A stretch of DNA of 64,000 nucleotides from assembly GCA_963815195.1 (NCBI GenBank), contig CAWFGE010000006.1, positions 1 through 64,000 of the forward strand. The letters are read 5' to 3'. Source of the stretch: an uncultured Planctomycetaceae bacterium (GTDB lineage Bacteria; Planctomycetota; Planctomycetia; Planctomycetales; Planctomycetaceae). The translations under genes were made by a program, and so were the position numbers. The notes beneath the pieces are model-generated. The model saw only the letters and a list, made by a program, of their open reading frames with translations, had not been told where the DNA came from and did not search any database. This document shows, in pieces, positions 19,722-30,905 of this stretch. The number at the start of each line of letters is the position of its first letter. Position 1 is the first letter of the stretch.

Positions 19722-20510
19722 TTACCAGCCGTAATAGCCATAGGGGCTGCATCCATAACCGAACCCGTAGCGGTAGCGGGAACCGAAGGCCCCGTAGCCG
19801 TAGCCTCCGTAAATCGCCGGGCTGTAGTAAGACGAGCGGTAGAACGGCGTGTAGTAAGCCGAGCCATAGTACCGCGGCCGGTAGTAAAACGCGCTGTACG
19901 AAGAGTACGGGCTGTAGCCGTAGTTGTAATACGAGCTGGGGTAGGATGAATAATAGTAGCTCGGCCGGTAGAAGCTCAGGCTCGAGCTTCCATAGTAAGG
20001 CTGATAGCCGACGGCATACGAGCCGTAGGGATAGCTCGAGTAGCCGAACGCGAACGGGCTGTAGTTATAGCCCAGGCCGCCGAAACCATAGCTGCCGTAG
20101 CCCAGGCCGCCGTAGCCGAACCCGCTATAACCTAAGCCCCCATAGCCCAAGCCGTAGCCGCCATAGTAGCTGCTCAAGCCGCCATAACCAAATCGGCCAT
20201 AGCCCAAACCGCCATACCCAAAACCACCGTAACCGAATCCACCGTAGCCGAAGCCGCCGTGATGGTGGTGATGAAAGGCGAGTTCCTCGGTGGGCGCGGG
20301 CACATGGATCGTTTCCGCCTCCACTGGAAGTTGCACCCGGATGTCTTCCGTTTTTGACGCTTCGTTCGCGGGGTCGGGAAACCGGGCGGGTTCGGGCGTG
20401 GAAATCGCCGCCGGTGCGGACAGCGTTCCAAAAATGAGAACCCCGGACAATACAGCCGCACCGGCCGACAGCTTGGCAATGGAAGTGCGCAGTGAGATCC
20501 CCCTAATCAT
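19722..20510 (-). CDS. Secreted Gly/Tyr-rich repeat protein
   Basis: Signal peptide, HHHHH, then GG(F/L)GY repeats and a Tyr/Ser-rich tail. Confidence 0.75.
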   Translation of the reverse strand: MIRGISLRTSIAKLSAGAAVLSGVLIFGTLSAPAAISTPEPARFPDPANEASKTEDIRVQLPVEAETIHVPAPTEELAFHHHHHGGFGYGGFGYGGFGYGGLGYGRFGYGGLSSYYGGYGLGYGGLGYSGFGYGGLGYGSYGFGGLGYNYSPFAFGYSSYPYGSYAVGYQPYYGSSSLSFYRPSYYYSSYPSSYYNYGYSPYSSYSAFYYRPRYYGSAYYTPFYRSSYYSPAIYGGYGYGAFGSRYRYGFGYGCSPYGYYGW

Positions 20511-20736
20511 TGATCGAGTTGCCGGGACGCGCGGCCCGCCAGGTTGGTTGGGTGCCGACATGTCACACCCAACCCCGCACGGATTCTACCACATTTATCT
20601 ATCGTAAGGAGGCCGGAGACCCGCGGTCAAGCTGCGTTTTGGTCCCCTCCCGATTTCGGGCAGTGAAGTTTAGCACACGCGTTTCGTCGCGGCGGGATCC
20701 TGCCGCCGAATTCCCCAGGAGCCGGCGGCAACTGGA

Positions 20737-22189
20737 TCACGCCAACAGATCGTGCACCACTTTGCCGTGCACATCGGTCAGGCGGTAATCCCGGCCCTGG
20801 AAGCGGTAGGTCAAACGCTCGTGGTCGAAGCCCAGCGTGTGGAGCAGCGTCGCTTGCAGGTCGTGGACATGGACTTTGTTTTCCGCGACGCGAAAACCGA
20901 GATCGTCCGATTCCCCGTAGGACAGGCCGCCTTTCACGCCGCCGCCCGCGAGCACCATCGTGTAGCAATCCGGATAATGATCCCGGCCCAGGACGTTCCC
21001 TTTCGCGGTCCGGCCTTCGCGGAAGGGCGTCCGGCCGAACTCGCCGCCGAGGACGATCAGCGTCTCGTCCAAAAGGCCCCGCTGCTTGAGGTCCTTGATG
21101 AGCGCCGCCACCGGTTTGTCCATCGTCGCGCACTTGTTGGTCAGCCCCTCGCGCAGCCCCTGCCCCGCGCCGGTGCCGTGGAAATCCCAGCCCCAATCGA
21201 AAAGCTGCACATACCGCACCCCGGATTCCACCAGCCGCCGGGCGAGGAGGCAGTTGTTCGCAAAGCTCCCGCCGCCCGGCTGGGCACCGTAGGCTTCCAG
21301 GATGTGCTTCGGTTCCTGGGCCAGGTCCATCACCTCCGGCACCGACATCTGCATGCGGAACGCCAGCTCGTACTGGGCGATGCGGGTCTTGGTTTCAGGA
21401 TGCCCCAAGTCCTCGGCCTGGTATTGATTGAGATCTTTCAAGCGCGTCCAGACTCAGCCGGCGGAGTTCGCGATCCATCCCCGCCGGGTCCGACGCATAC
21501 AGCACCGGGTCGCCCTGAGATCGGCATTGGACGCCTTGATAGACCGAAGGCAGAAACCCGCTGCCGAAGGAATTCTTCCCGCCGTTGGGCTGCACGCCGG
21601 AGGAGATCAGCACCACGAAGCCCGGCAGGTTTTCGTTTTCCGAACCCAGCCCGTAAGTCACCCAGGCGCCGAACGACGGCCGGCCCGACCGCGGCGAACC
21701 GGTGTAGATCAAAAGCTCCGCCGGGGCGTGGTTGAACTGGTCGGTGTTCATCGACTTGATGACGCACAACTCGTCCGCGACGTCGTGGAGATGCGGAATC
21801 GCGTCCGACATCCAAACCCCGCCTTCGCCGTATTGGGCAAACTTGCGGGGCGTTCCCAGAAGCTTCGGCGTCCCGGAGGTGAAGGCAAACCGCTTGCCTT
21901 CGAGAAATGTCTGCGGGCAAGGCTCGCCGTCCCGCTTGACGAGTTCGGGTTTGTAATCGAACAAATCCAGATGCGGCGGCGAGCCGGTGAGGTGCAGATA
22001 GATCACCCTTTTCGCCGTGGGCTGGAACTGCGACGCTTTCGGAACCAAAGGATTGACCGTTCCCGCGGGAGCCGCGAGCCCGTCCCGCTGAAAAAGCGAA
22101 CCGAGCGCCACCGCCCCCAATCCAACGCCGGTCTCTCCCAAAAAATGTCGGCGGGTCAATTGCGCGAGCCTGGCGAGTTTCGATTGCAT
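20737..22189 (-). CDS. DUF1501 family protein (Tat signal; frameshift ~21440)
   Basis: TRRHFL, AKRVIYLHLTGSPPHLDLFDYKP, NCLLARRLVESGVRYVQL, GGEFGRTP and RLTDVHG. Confidence 0.92.
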
Positions 22190-22285
22190 CACGGCACCTC
22201 ATGACGTTGGGGGAGTTCTAGATGTATTCTCGCCGCAACAGGGCCCGATTATCAAGGGAGCACGATCGGTTCCCCCCAAGGCAGA

Positions 22286-22454
22286 GTGTGTCTCACGAAA
22301 GTAGGTGGAAAATGACTGGACGTATTTTTCAAGTGGATCTAGGTGGCACGCCCTGAGGCACGAAGGGCGTGGTCTTTGCAATGGCCACGTCCTTCGCTGA
22401 GGCTCAGGGACGTGCCACCCAAATTTGCCCATGACCTGCTTTCGTGATACGCAC
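22286..22454. repeat. REP/MITE-like palindromic element, copy 1
   Basis: Core GGTGGCACGCCCTGAG..CGAAGGGCGTGG...CCACGTCCTTCG..CTCAGGGACGTGCCACC inside a 20-bp imperfect outer IR. Confidence 0.8.
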
Positions 22455-22695
22455 ACCCCAAGGCATCAGGGCTGCCCTTTGCCCGTCTTTCGCCCGGATG
22501 CGGCGGTCCACATCCTCAAAAGAGACGACCCGGCCCGTTTTCCTGTCGGCGAAGCCGGCCTGAATCGCCTCCCGGTCTTGTTGATCGGACAGCTTGCTGA
22601 ATACAATTCCATTGAGGTCGATTGCGACCGCGATGTTTCACGACAACGCATGATTTGTATGGAGTCTTCCCGGCGGTCTACTTTTGGCGAAGTTG

Positions 22696-23773
22696 GTGAA
22701 CGAAGCGGCTTTTCGAGCGTTGGTTTTGGGACGGAAGCAGGGAGTCGGGGCTGCGCTTTTGCGGGCGGGGTTACGAGGGCTTTCGTTCGGTTATCTAGCG
22801 GGCGTATCTTTTCGCAATCGGTTGTTCGATTGGGGCTTGAAAGCGCACGCATCCGGCCGGGGTGCCGGTGATCAGCGTGGGCAATCTGACGACCGGAGGC
22901 ACGGGGAAGACGCCGCTCGTGGCGTTCCTGGCGAATTGGTTTCGCGAGCGCGGGGTGGCCGCGGCGATTCTCAGCCGGGGGTATCGCTCGGCCGACGGCG
23001 GGGTGAATGATGAAAAGCTCGTGCTCGATCAGCTTTGCCCGGGCGTCCCGCATTTGCAAAAACCGGACCGCGTGGCCTCGGCCCGGCAAGCGGTGAAAGA
23101 GCATCATGCCCAACTGCTGATTCTCGACGACGGCTTTCAGCACCGCCGACTGGGGCGGGATCTGGATCTCGTGCTGATCGATGCCACGTGTCCCTGGGGC
23201 TATGGGGCGGTGTTGCCGCGCGGTTTGCTTCGGGAACCGAAAAGCTCGCTCCGCCGGGCCGATCTAGTGATCCTCACCCGCGCGGATCAGGTCACCGAAA
23301 CTCGGCGGGCTGAAATCCTCGAAGAGATTCAGCAAATCCAACCGCAACTGCCCTGTGTGGAGGCGGCGTTTGTGCCTCGACGGCTCATCAATTCCAATGG
23401 CGGAATCTGCGAGTTCGAAAAACTTCAAGGCGAACCGCTGGCGGGGTTTTGCGGCATCGGCAATCCCGCCGGCTTTCTGCAAACGCTCGCCTCGTGCGAG
23501 TTGGAGGTTCCGGAATCCGGGCTGCGAATCTTTCCCGATCATCACCACTACTCGGCGGAGGATTTCGATTCCCTCGGACAATGGGCCGCCGAACAGCATG
23601 TGGCGGCACTACTCACCACGCAAAAAGATCTCGTCAAGGTTCCGCATTCGCATTTAGGAGATGTGCCCGTGTGGGCGGTGGAGATCGGGGCGGAACTTAT
23701 AAGCGGGCCTGAATTGCTGATCTCCCGGTTGGAGGAAGTCGCGATGAACCTTAACGCCGAGGACAACCGTTGA
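22696..23773 (+). CDS. lpxK: Tetraacyldisaccharide 4'-kinase (frameshift ~22840)
   Basis: PVISVGNLTTGGTGKTP, ILSRGY, LDDGFQH, LPRGLLREP, FPDHHHY and TTQKD. Confidence 0.93.
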
Positions 23774-23856
23774 CGGTCCGGATCCGTCGACATACGATAC
23801 GGGGAGTGGGAGTTGGCGCGATGATTCCCGCCGGTCTTTAGCCGCTTGGAGAAACC

Positions 23857-24816
23857 TTGGCACATAAAGTCATCATTGATACCGATCCGGGCATCGGCGA
23901 TGCGATCGCCCTGGCGATGGCCCTGTTGGACCCGGAGATCGATGTGCTCGGCGTGACCGCGACCGCCGGCTGCGTGTCCGGACCCGCGGCGACTCGCAAT
24001 GTGCAGGCGATCATCGAGCATCTCGATCCCGCCAAATGGCCGCGGATCGGGGCGTCCGAAGTCAAAACGGCCGCCAGGTCGGGGACCGATGTCGGGGCCG
24101 AGCCCATTTCGCTCGCGGCTCTCAACGGGACGTCAGGGCTGGGTGATTGGGAGTTTCGCGTCGCCGACTTGCACCACCGCCACGAGTCGGCCAAGTTGAT
24201 GATCGACATCGCCCGCTCCGAACCCAACGAAGTCACGCTGCTCACGTTGGGGCCGTTGACGAATCTGGAACTCGCCCTCGAGCGGGCTCCCGATTTTTTG
24301 CAGTCGCTCAAAGAGATCGTGGTGTTCGGCGGCTCGGTGAGGCGGGGCGGGGATGTGACGGCGGCGGCAGAGTTCAACATGTACGCCAATCCCGAAGCCG
24401 CCCGCACCGTGCTGTGTTCCCCCGCGACGAAAACGCTCGTGCCGTTGGACATTTGCCAGAAAGTCGTGTTGACCTTCGAGCAATACGGCCGCGTCAAGCC
24501 GGCGGAAGATTCGCCGGTCGGCCAGCTCCTCGAACGCCTGTTGCCGTTTGCGTTCCGCGCACATCATCAATACCTGGGTCTCGAAGGCGTGGCTCTCAAT
24601 GAACTGGTGGCGCTTGCAGCGCTCTCGCAGCCGCGGTTGTTCAACAGCCAGGCGATGGCGGTCGATGTGGAGACTTCCGGCGAACTCACGCGGGGCATGA
24701 CCGTATTCGACCGCCGGGGCATCCCGAACTGGCAAACGAACATCGACGTCCTCACCGAAGTCGACGCCCAAGGCGTGCTGGATTACTTCAGCCGAATTCT
24801 GCGATCGGCCGCGTGA
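23857..24816 (+). CDS. Inosine/uridine-preferring nucleoside hydrolase
   Basis: IIDTDPGIGDA, LGPLTNL and AEFNMYANPEAA. Confidence 0.92.
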   Translation: MAHKVIIDTDPGIGDAIALAMALLDPEIDVLGVTATAGCVSGPAATRNVQAIIEHLDPAKWPRIGASEVKTAARSGTDVGAEPISLAALNGTSGLGDWEFRVADLHHRHESAKLMIDIARSEPNEVTLLTLGPLTNLELALERAPDFLQSLKEIVVFGGSVRRGGDVTAAAEFNMYANPEAARTVLCSPATKTLVPLDICQKVVLTFEQYGRVKPAEDSPVGQLLERLLPFAFRAHHQYLGLEGVALNELVALAALSQPRLFNSQAMAVDVETSGELTRGMTVFDRRGIPNWQTNIDVLTEVDAQGVLDYFSRILRSAA

Positions 24817-24943
24817 AGAGTGGAGCGAAGTGCCAAGAGCGGAGAGCCGATCCCGCCGCCGCGCACTCTGCATTGTGACGCGCACTTGATACGATGGCGT
24901 TTTGCAATTCCCATGGAAACACCAATCTGTCAGGACTTTTGAG

Positions 24944-26527
24944 ATGGCACGCTTGGCTCTTCTGTTTCGCTTTTTGCCGTGGCTCGTTTTGATGGTTTTC
25001 GGCTCGTCGGTTTTGGGGGCGGAGCGGTTGCCGAATGTGGTGTTCTTTCTGGTGGATGATCTCGGCTGGCGGGATGTGGGCTGTTTCGGGAGTTCGTTTT
25101 ACGAGACGCCCCATATCGATCAATTCGCCCAAGAGAGTGTGCGGTTCACCCAGGCGTACGCGGCTTGCCACGTCTGTTCGCCCACGCGGGCCAGTCTTAT
25201 GACGGGCAAATATCCGGCGAGGCTGCATCTGACGGACTGGCTGCCAGGCCGAAAGGAATATGCGTTTCAGAAACTCAAGAGCGCCGAGATTCATCAGCAG
25301 TTGCCTCTCGAAGAAATCACGCTCGCCGAGGCTCTCAAAGAGCATGGCTACCGGGCCGGGCATTTTGGGAAGTGGCATCTCGGCGAAGATCCGGCGGGTC
25401 CGTTGGCCCAGGGGTTCGACGTGCAGGTGCCCCGCTGGAACAGGGGTTGGCCGAAGGTCGGTTATCATGCCCCGTTCGGGTTCGAGGGCCTCGCCGATTC
25501 GCCCGGCGATTACCTGACGGATCGGCTCACCGATGAGGCCCTCAAGTTTATCGAGCAAAACCAAAGCCGGCCGTTCTTTTTGTATCTGTCGCACTTCGCG
25601 GTGCACGACCCGATCCAAGGCCGGTCTGATCTGGTGAAGAAGTCTGCGGGGAGATTAAACAATCACGAAACCCCGAAGGGCAAAGCATTTATCCTGGAAG
25701 GCAACCCCGATGCAGAGCATCCGCTGTCACGCACCGTATTGGATTCCCTGTTAAAACAGAAGGATTATCGCGGGTTCCGCGTGTTGCCAAAGCGGACGGT
25801 GAAGATCAAACAGAGCCAGGACAACGTCCAGTTCGCGGCGATGGTGGAAAGCATGGATGAAAGCCTCGGCCGCGTGTTGGGCACGCTCAAAAACCTGGGC
25901 CTCGAAAAGGATACGATCGTGATTTTCTTCTCGGACAACGGCGGGATGTCGGCGGCGAATTTCGGCCGGCCGACGCGGGTAATTCCGCAGGCGAAGCTCG
26001 ATGCGGCGTTTTCCACGTCGAATCTCCCGCTCCGCGGCGGGAAGGGCTGGCTTTACGAAGGCGGGATCCGCGTGCCGATGCTCGTGAAATGGCCCGGCCG
26101 AGGCCAGCGGGGCACGGTGTGCGATGTGCCGGTGGTCAGCACCGATTTTTATCCGTCGATTCTGGAGATGATCGGCAAACCTGCCCGCCCCGAACAGCAC
26201 GCGGACGGCACGAGTTTCGTCCCGCTCCTCCAAGGCGAAACGAAGCTCGGCCGCGAGGCGATCTATTGGCATTTCCCCCACTACAGCAACCACGGCATGC
26301 AAAGCCCCGGCGGTGCCATCCGCAGCGGAGATTACAAGCTCATCGAGTATTTCGAGAACGGCACGTTGCAGCTCTTCAACCTGAAAACCGACCCCGGCGA
26401 AGAGCACGACCTGATCCAAGAACAACCCGAAACCGCCGCCCGCTTAAAAACGATGCTCCACGAATGGCGAACCAAAGTCTCGGCCAACATGATGCCGCCC
26501 AACCCGGATTATCAACCGCCAGAGTAG
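24944..26527 (+). CDS. Sulfatase (formylglycine type)
   Basis: PNVVFFLVDDLG, CSPTRASLMTG, GKWHLG, SDNGG and YEGGIRVP. Confidence 0.95.
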   Translation: MARLALLFRFLPWLVLMVFGSSVLGAERLPNVVFFLVDDLGWRDVGCFGSSFYETPHIDQFAQESVRFTQAYAACHVCSPTRASLMTGKYPARLHLTDWLPGRKEYAFQKLKSAEIHQQLPLEEITLAEALKEHGYRAGHFGKWHLGEDPAGPLAQGFDVQVPRWNRGWPKVGYHAPFGFEGLADSPGDYLTDRLTDEALKFIEQNQSRPFFLYLSHFAVHDPIQGRSDLVKKSAGRLNNHETPKGKAFILEGNPDAEHPLSRTVLDSLLKQKDYRGFRVLPKRTVKIKQSQDNVQFAAMVESMDESLGRVLGTLKNLGLEKDTIVIFFSDNGGMSAANFGRPTRVIPQAKLDAAFSTSNLPLRGGKGWLYEGGIRVPMLVKWPGRGQRGTVCDVPVVSTDFYPSILEMIGKPARPEQHADGTSFVPLLQGETKLGREAIYWHFPHYSNHGMQSPGGAIRSGDYKLIEYFENGTLQLFNLKTDPGEEHDLIQEQPETAARLKTMLHEWRTKVSANMMPPNPDYQPPE

Positions 26528-26675
26528 CAACGCTTGCAGCGCGGAGCCGTTATTTGAGATTTGCCGGTTGGCTTGCCTGAGGGATCGGGCAAAGCGTTTG
26601 AGGTTCCTTCGCACCGTCCTCCCCGCGCAGAATCCACCGGGAGGCATTTTCTAGTCATGGGGTGCGCAATTCAGA

Positions 26676-26990
26676 TCAGGCGGGCCATTCGCTGTGGCAG
26701 TGGAGGCAGTGAAACCCGACCAGCGTCGCGGTGCCGGGGATCGGCATTCCGCTGCAACCCAGCACCGCATCGTCGAGTTCCAACGGCTCGACGTTGGGGT
26801 GGTCGCAGTGAGGGCAGTTGCGGTTCTCGTACAGCAACCGGGCTCGGGCGATCAGACCCAGCGCCGGCCGGGATGCGGATCGGTGCCGGCGTTGATAATG
26901 CGGTGGGAACGGCAGAATCTGCGGTTCGGGATCATCGAACCGGTACACGCGGTCGCCCTCGGCGGGGCGATACACTTTGAGATGGCTCAT
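26676..26990 (-). CDS. Small Zn-binding hypothetical protein
   Basis: CPHC and CLHC pairs. Confidence 0.65.
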   Translation of the reverse strand: MSHLKVYRPAEGDRVYRFDDPEPQILPFPPHYQRRHRSASRPALGLIARARLLYENRNCPHCDHPNVEPLELDDAVLGCSGMPIPGTATLVGFHCLHCHSEWPA

Positions 26991-27041
26991 CCTTGAGCAG
27001 TCCCCTTAACAGAGTTTGGGAGAGTCTTCATCCTGAAGACT
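26985..27041 (-). promoter_or_regulatory. Two GGA-loop hairpins, candidate CsrA/RsmA binding sites
   Basis: Minus strand AGTCTTCA-GGA-TGAAGACT and GCTCA-AGGA-TGAGC, the latter containing the start ATG. Confidence 0.5.
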
Positions 27042-27227
27042 GGGCGTCGGGGCACGATACATTCCGCGGAGGGAAATCTCAAGAGATCTTCCATTCCCAC
27101 GAGCGGAATCGGGAAAATGGCCGGGCGGCCGGCTTCTCTCCTTTGCCTATTTTGTGAAAAGCCGTCGCGGGAAGTGCGCGACCGGGATTGCAGCCGTCCC
27201 CCGAATTGACTAATTTCCCTTTCGCCT

Positions 27228-28379
27228 GTGTATTGCCTGATTGGGCAAGTTCTCCATTTTGCCTCGTTGTGCCGGAATCTTCCGTTGAAGTTCTTCAGTC
27301 CCTTGCGCGATTGGTTGGGAAGCAGTTGGTCCTGGCTCCGCTGGGTCGTGGCGGCGGGCGTGCTCGCGTTTCTGTTTCATCAGCACCGCGACAGCGTGCT
27401 GGAACTCAGCGAGGCGCAAATTCATTGGGGTCTGTTGGCGCTCGCGCTCGTCTGTTGTCTGGCGGCCCAGATGCTGACGTTCCTCCGCTGGTATTTGCTC
27501 GTGTGGGCTTTGGACATTCCCTTTCGCGTGCATGATGCGCTGCGGCTGGGGTTTATCGGGTATTTGTTCAATTACGTCGCCCCCGGCGCCGTGGGCGGGG
27601 ATTTGATCAAAGCCTCGATGATCGCCCGCGAGCAATCGTCCCGGCGGCTGGCGGCGGTGGGGACGGTGTTTCTCGACCGTGTGATCGGGCTGATGAGTTT
27701 GATGCTGCTGGGGGCCGGGCTGATGTTCTGGCCGACCCCCGTTCTCGACGCCCCGAAGTTTCAATACGTGATCGGCATCTTTCAAGTGGGGAGCCTGGTT
27801 TCGCTGTTGGGCATCGGAGTTGTGCTGTTGCCGGGCTTTTCGCGGTGGCGGCTTTTGGACCGGCTGGTGGGCTTGCCCAAAATCGGGCCGATTTTGGGAG
27901 AGCCGATTTATTCCGTGCGGATGTATCAATCCCGCTGGCGGGTGCTGGTGCTCAGCCTGGTGATGGGGCTGGTGAGCCATACCATCTTGATTCTTTCCAT
28001 CTACCTCAGCTCGGCCGCACTGCATGGGACGGCGGCGATTCCCTCCTTTGTGGAGCATTTGCAGATTCTGCCGCCGGCGGAGTTGGTGGGAGTCGTCGTG
28101 CCGTTGCCGGGGGGAACTGGTGCGTTGGAAGGAGCCATCGGCTACTTTTACACAATCGCCGGATCCAGACAGGGGCAGGGCTTTTTGGCGGGGATCGCTT
28201 ATCGCCTCGTGACGATCGTGCTCGCCGTCGTGGGCGCGGGCTGGTATATGTCGGCCCGGCGGGAAATCGACGATGTGCTCCACGAAGTTCCGCCCGCGGA
28301 CGGCACCGAAAAATCGCCCGGCGAGCCGCCAACCGTGGACGATCCCAAATGTGTGGCTTCCCCCGTCTCGCAAACGTGA
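27228..28379 (+). CDS. Lysylphosphatidylglycerol synthase TM / flippase-like (UPF0104) membrane protein
   Basis: RWYLLV, GYLFNYVAPGAVGGDLIK, FLDRVIGL and PGGTGALE, with multiple TM helices. Confidence 0.85.
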   Translation: MYCLIGQVLHFASLCRNLPLKFFSPLRDWLGSSWSWLRWVVAAGVLAFLFHQHRDSVLELSEAQIHWGLLALALVCCLAAQMLTFLRWYLLVWALDIPFRVHDALRLGFIGYLFNYVAPGAVGGDLIKASMIAREQSSRRLAAVGTVFLDRVIGLMSLMLLGAGLMFWPTPVLDAPKFQYVIGIFQVGSLVSLLGIGVVLLPGFSRWRLLDRLVGLPKIGPILGEPIYSVRMYQSRWRVLVLSLVMGLVSHTILILSIYLSSAALHGTAAIPSFVEHLQILPPAELVGVVVPLPGGTGALEGAIGYFYTIAGSRQGQGFLAGIAYRLVTIVLAVVGAGWYMSARREIDDVLHEVPPADGTEKSPGEPPTVDDPKCVASPVSQT

Positions 28380-28401
28380 GCCGGGGCAAGGTTGCCCCAT
28401 C

Positions 28402-30132
28402 TCATCGGCCTGCGGAGGAATGGCAGGCGGTCGCGCTGCACACGCAGTTTCGGCCATTGGCCTTGGCGAGGTACAAGGCGGCGTCGGTGGCGGCGATGAG
28501 TCCGGCGGCGGAGTCGGTGTGCTTGGGAAACGTGCCCACGCCAATACTGGTGGTGACGTTGATCGGCATCTGCTGCCACCAGACGATTTTCTCGGCCACC
28601 GCGACGCGAATCGTCTCGGCCACTTGGATCGCCATTGCCTCGCCCTGGCCGGGCAGGAGGATCGCAATTTCTTCGCCCCCGTAGCGCGCGCTCAACGATC
28701 GCTCGCCGGACGTGGTCTGCATTGAAATGTCGTGGAGCATCCGTGCGATCATCCGCAACACCTCGTCGCCCGCGGGATGGCCGTAGGTGTCGTTCACGGA
28801 TTTGAAGCGGTCCAGATCGCACAAGAGCAGCGAGCATTCCACGCCCGCCCGCGCCGCGACGCGAATCTCCCGCTCGATCTGCTCGTCGAACGCCCGGCGG
28901 TTGGCGAGTTCCGTCAGCCCGTCCTGCTTGGCCTGGCGTTTGATGTCCGCGATGGATTGCAGGCGGATGAGCGTTTTCCCCAAGTGCTGGGCCGCCCAGT
29001 GCGCGAGCTGCCGTTGCGAGGAATCGAAAGGCTCGTCTCCGTGCCGGGTAAAGCAGAACACCCCCGAGACCTGCTGGTGCTGCCAAAGCGGCACGAGCAT
29101 GGCCGCCCGCATCAACGTGTCGATGCCCAGCGCCTTCAATTCGCGGGCGTCGTAGGCTTGGAATTCCGTCGCCTGATTCAACTCGGCCAGCAAGCGTTGT
29201 TCGTGTTCTTCCCAGTGGGGCAAGAGCGTGAGCGCGAGATCGGCTTCGCAGCGGACCATCGGCTTCCAATGGCCTTCCGCGGCTGCCGTGGGAAAAAACA
29301 ACGTGGCACCGTCGGCGTCCACCATCGATTGCACGGCCGAGAGATACGTCTGCACCATGTCCAACGGCGTGGGATAAATGCGATCCGTCAACGAGCGGAG
29401 TTGCAGCATCTCGCCGGTGAACCGCAGTTGATGTTCCCGGTGCTTCAAAGCCCGGCATTGCCGGATCGTGCCTCCGATGCTCGACATCAACCGCTTCGCC
29501 AATTCCAATTGCTCCTCGCGCGGGGCCGCGACGGGGCACAGGCTGGTGGTGAGCACCATGCCGATCCATTCGCCGGCGTAGACGACCGGCAGGAGAAACA
29601 CCTCCTCGGCTTTTCGGCGATCTTCCACGCTCAACCGGGACCAGAGTTCGCTTTGCCTGAGGTTCCGCTCTTTGAGGATCACCGGCTCCGGGTCCCGGAT
29701 GTCCTGAAATCCGTCGAGCGAGAGAAGCATCTCCTGGCACGAGGCCTTCGACAACCCCCGGGCGGCTTCCAGCACCATTCGGGAATTGTCCACATAACAC
29801 AAGACCGCAAATCCCCGCGACGGGTTGGAGACCAGATACTTGAGCAGCAAGTCGGCGGCTTTTTCGAAATCGCTCGAAGCCACAAACGCCCGCAGGATGC
29901 GGTTTTCGATTCGCGTCAACACCTGGTCGTGGTGCATGCCGTCGAGTTCGTCGGACAGATCGGTGATTTCCACCTCATACCGTCTGGTCCGGCGGCGGGT
30001 CGCGGCGACGTGGTGCACGTGCAGAGCGTATTGAATCATGCACACAACCGCCAAGGCGACCAGACAGCCGCTTCCCACAACCCCGTCGAGTTGAGGCAAG
30101 AACGGAAGGAAATCGGCAGCCAGACACGACAC
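28402..30132 (-). CDS. Diguanylate cyclase (TM, GAF-like and GGDEF domains)
   Basis: QDGLTELANRRAF, CDLDRFKSVNDTYGHPAGD, RYGGEE and ALYLAKANGRN. Confidence 0.92.
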   Translation of the reverse strand: MSCLAADFLPFLPQLDGVVGSGCLVALAVVCMIQYALHVHHVAATRRRTRRYEVEITDLSDELDGMHHDQVLTRIENRILRAFVASSDFEKAADLLLKYLVSNPSRGFAVLCYVDNSRMVLEAARGLSKASCQEMLLSLDGFQDIRDPEPVILKERNLRQSELWSRLSVEDRRKAEEVFLLPVVYAGEWIGMVLTTSLCPVAAPREEQLELAKRLMSSIGGTIRQCRALKHREHQLRFTGEMLQLRSLTDRIYPTPLDMVQTYLSAVQSMVDADGATLFFPTAAAEGHWKPMVRCEADLALTLLPHWEEHEQRLLAELNQATEFQAYDARELKALGIDTLMRAAMLVPLWQHQQVSGVFCFTRHGDEPFDSSQRQLAHWAAQHLGKTLIRLQSIADIKRQAKQDGLTELANRRAFDEQIEREIRVAARAGVECSLLLCDLDRFKSVNDTYGHPAGDEVLRMIARMLHDISMQTTSGERSLSARYGGEEIAILLPGQGEAMAIQVAETIRVAVAEKIVWWQQMPINVTTSIGVGTFPKHTDSAAGLIAATDAALYLAKANGRNCVCSATACHSSAGR

Positions 30133-30512
30133 AGATGTTCTCCTGCTGGGGATGTCCGCAACTCCGCGTGGCCCGGCCAGCGCAGAATCCTTTGTAACTT
30201 AGCATACAAACAATCGCCAAAGAGCCTGACGAAAGGGACGATTGGCCAGATCTCGGCCATTCCAGGCGAGACGAACCGTTGCCCCTCCTGCCACCGTTAG
30301 AACCGCTCGGTAGGACCCCTGGGGGAAATCTCTGAAAAACCGCCGATAGCGACGCCGACCGGGACAATTTTGTAAAAGTTGCAAGATTTCCGAAAATAAG
30401 GGCGCGACCTGGAGCATCGGATAATTGCTGCCGGTTTTGTGGAGGAACCGGCGTTGGGTTGGCTCACATTGGGTGAGCCAGGTTCCTCATTCCTCCCGCT
30501 TATCTGGAGAAG

Positions 30513-30807
30513 ATGCTGATGAAACGACTGCTCACCTGGGTTTGCGCTCGCATTTCTGGCCAGCCTCGTCGGCCAAGCCACGGCCCAAGAAAAGAAAAAG
30601 CCCGATCTCGACGCCCAGTTCAAGAAAATGGACAAAGACAGCGACGGCAAATTGACCTTGGAAGAATTCAAGGCCAACAAGAAAGGCAAAGCCCTCGAAA
30701 ACGCCGAGAAAGCCTTTGCCCGCCTGGACAAAGACAAAGACAAATCGGTTTCCCTCGAAGAGTTCAAAAACCGCGGCAAAAAACCCGCCAAGAAAAAAGA
30801 CGAGTAG
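30513..30807 (+). CDS. Secreted EF-hand protein (frameshift ~30548)
   Basis: Second frame reads FKKMDKDSDGKLTLEEF...FARLDKDKDKSVSLEEF after a signal peptide. Confidence 0.8.
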
Positions 30808-30825
30808 TCGTCCAACCCAGGAAAA

Positions 30826-30863
30826 CAGCACCCCGGAATCCTTTCAGTGAGTCCGGGGTGCTG
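30826..30863. terminator. Hairpin between convergent genes
   Basis: CAGCACCCCGGA...TCCGGGGTGCTG perfect stem. Confidence 0.6.
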
Positions 30864-30905
30864 TGATCTTGAAATCCTCAAATTGGCGGAGCGAACGACG
30901 GCAAG

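Noticed and set aside
20040..20260. 15-bp tandem DNA repeats
   Set aside because: These are coding repeats for GG(F/L)GY with synonymous variation, not a DNA-level array.
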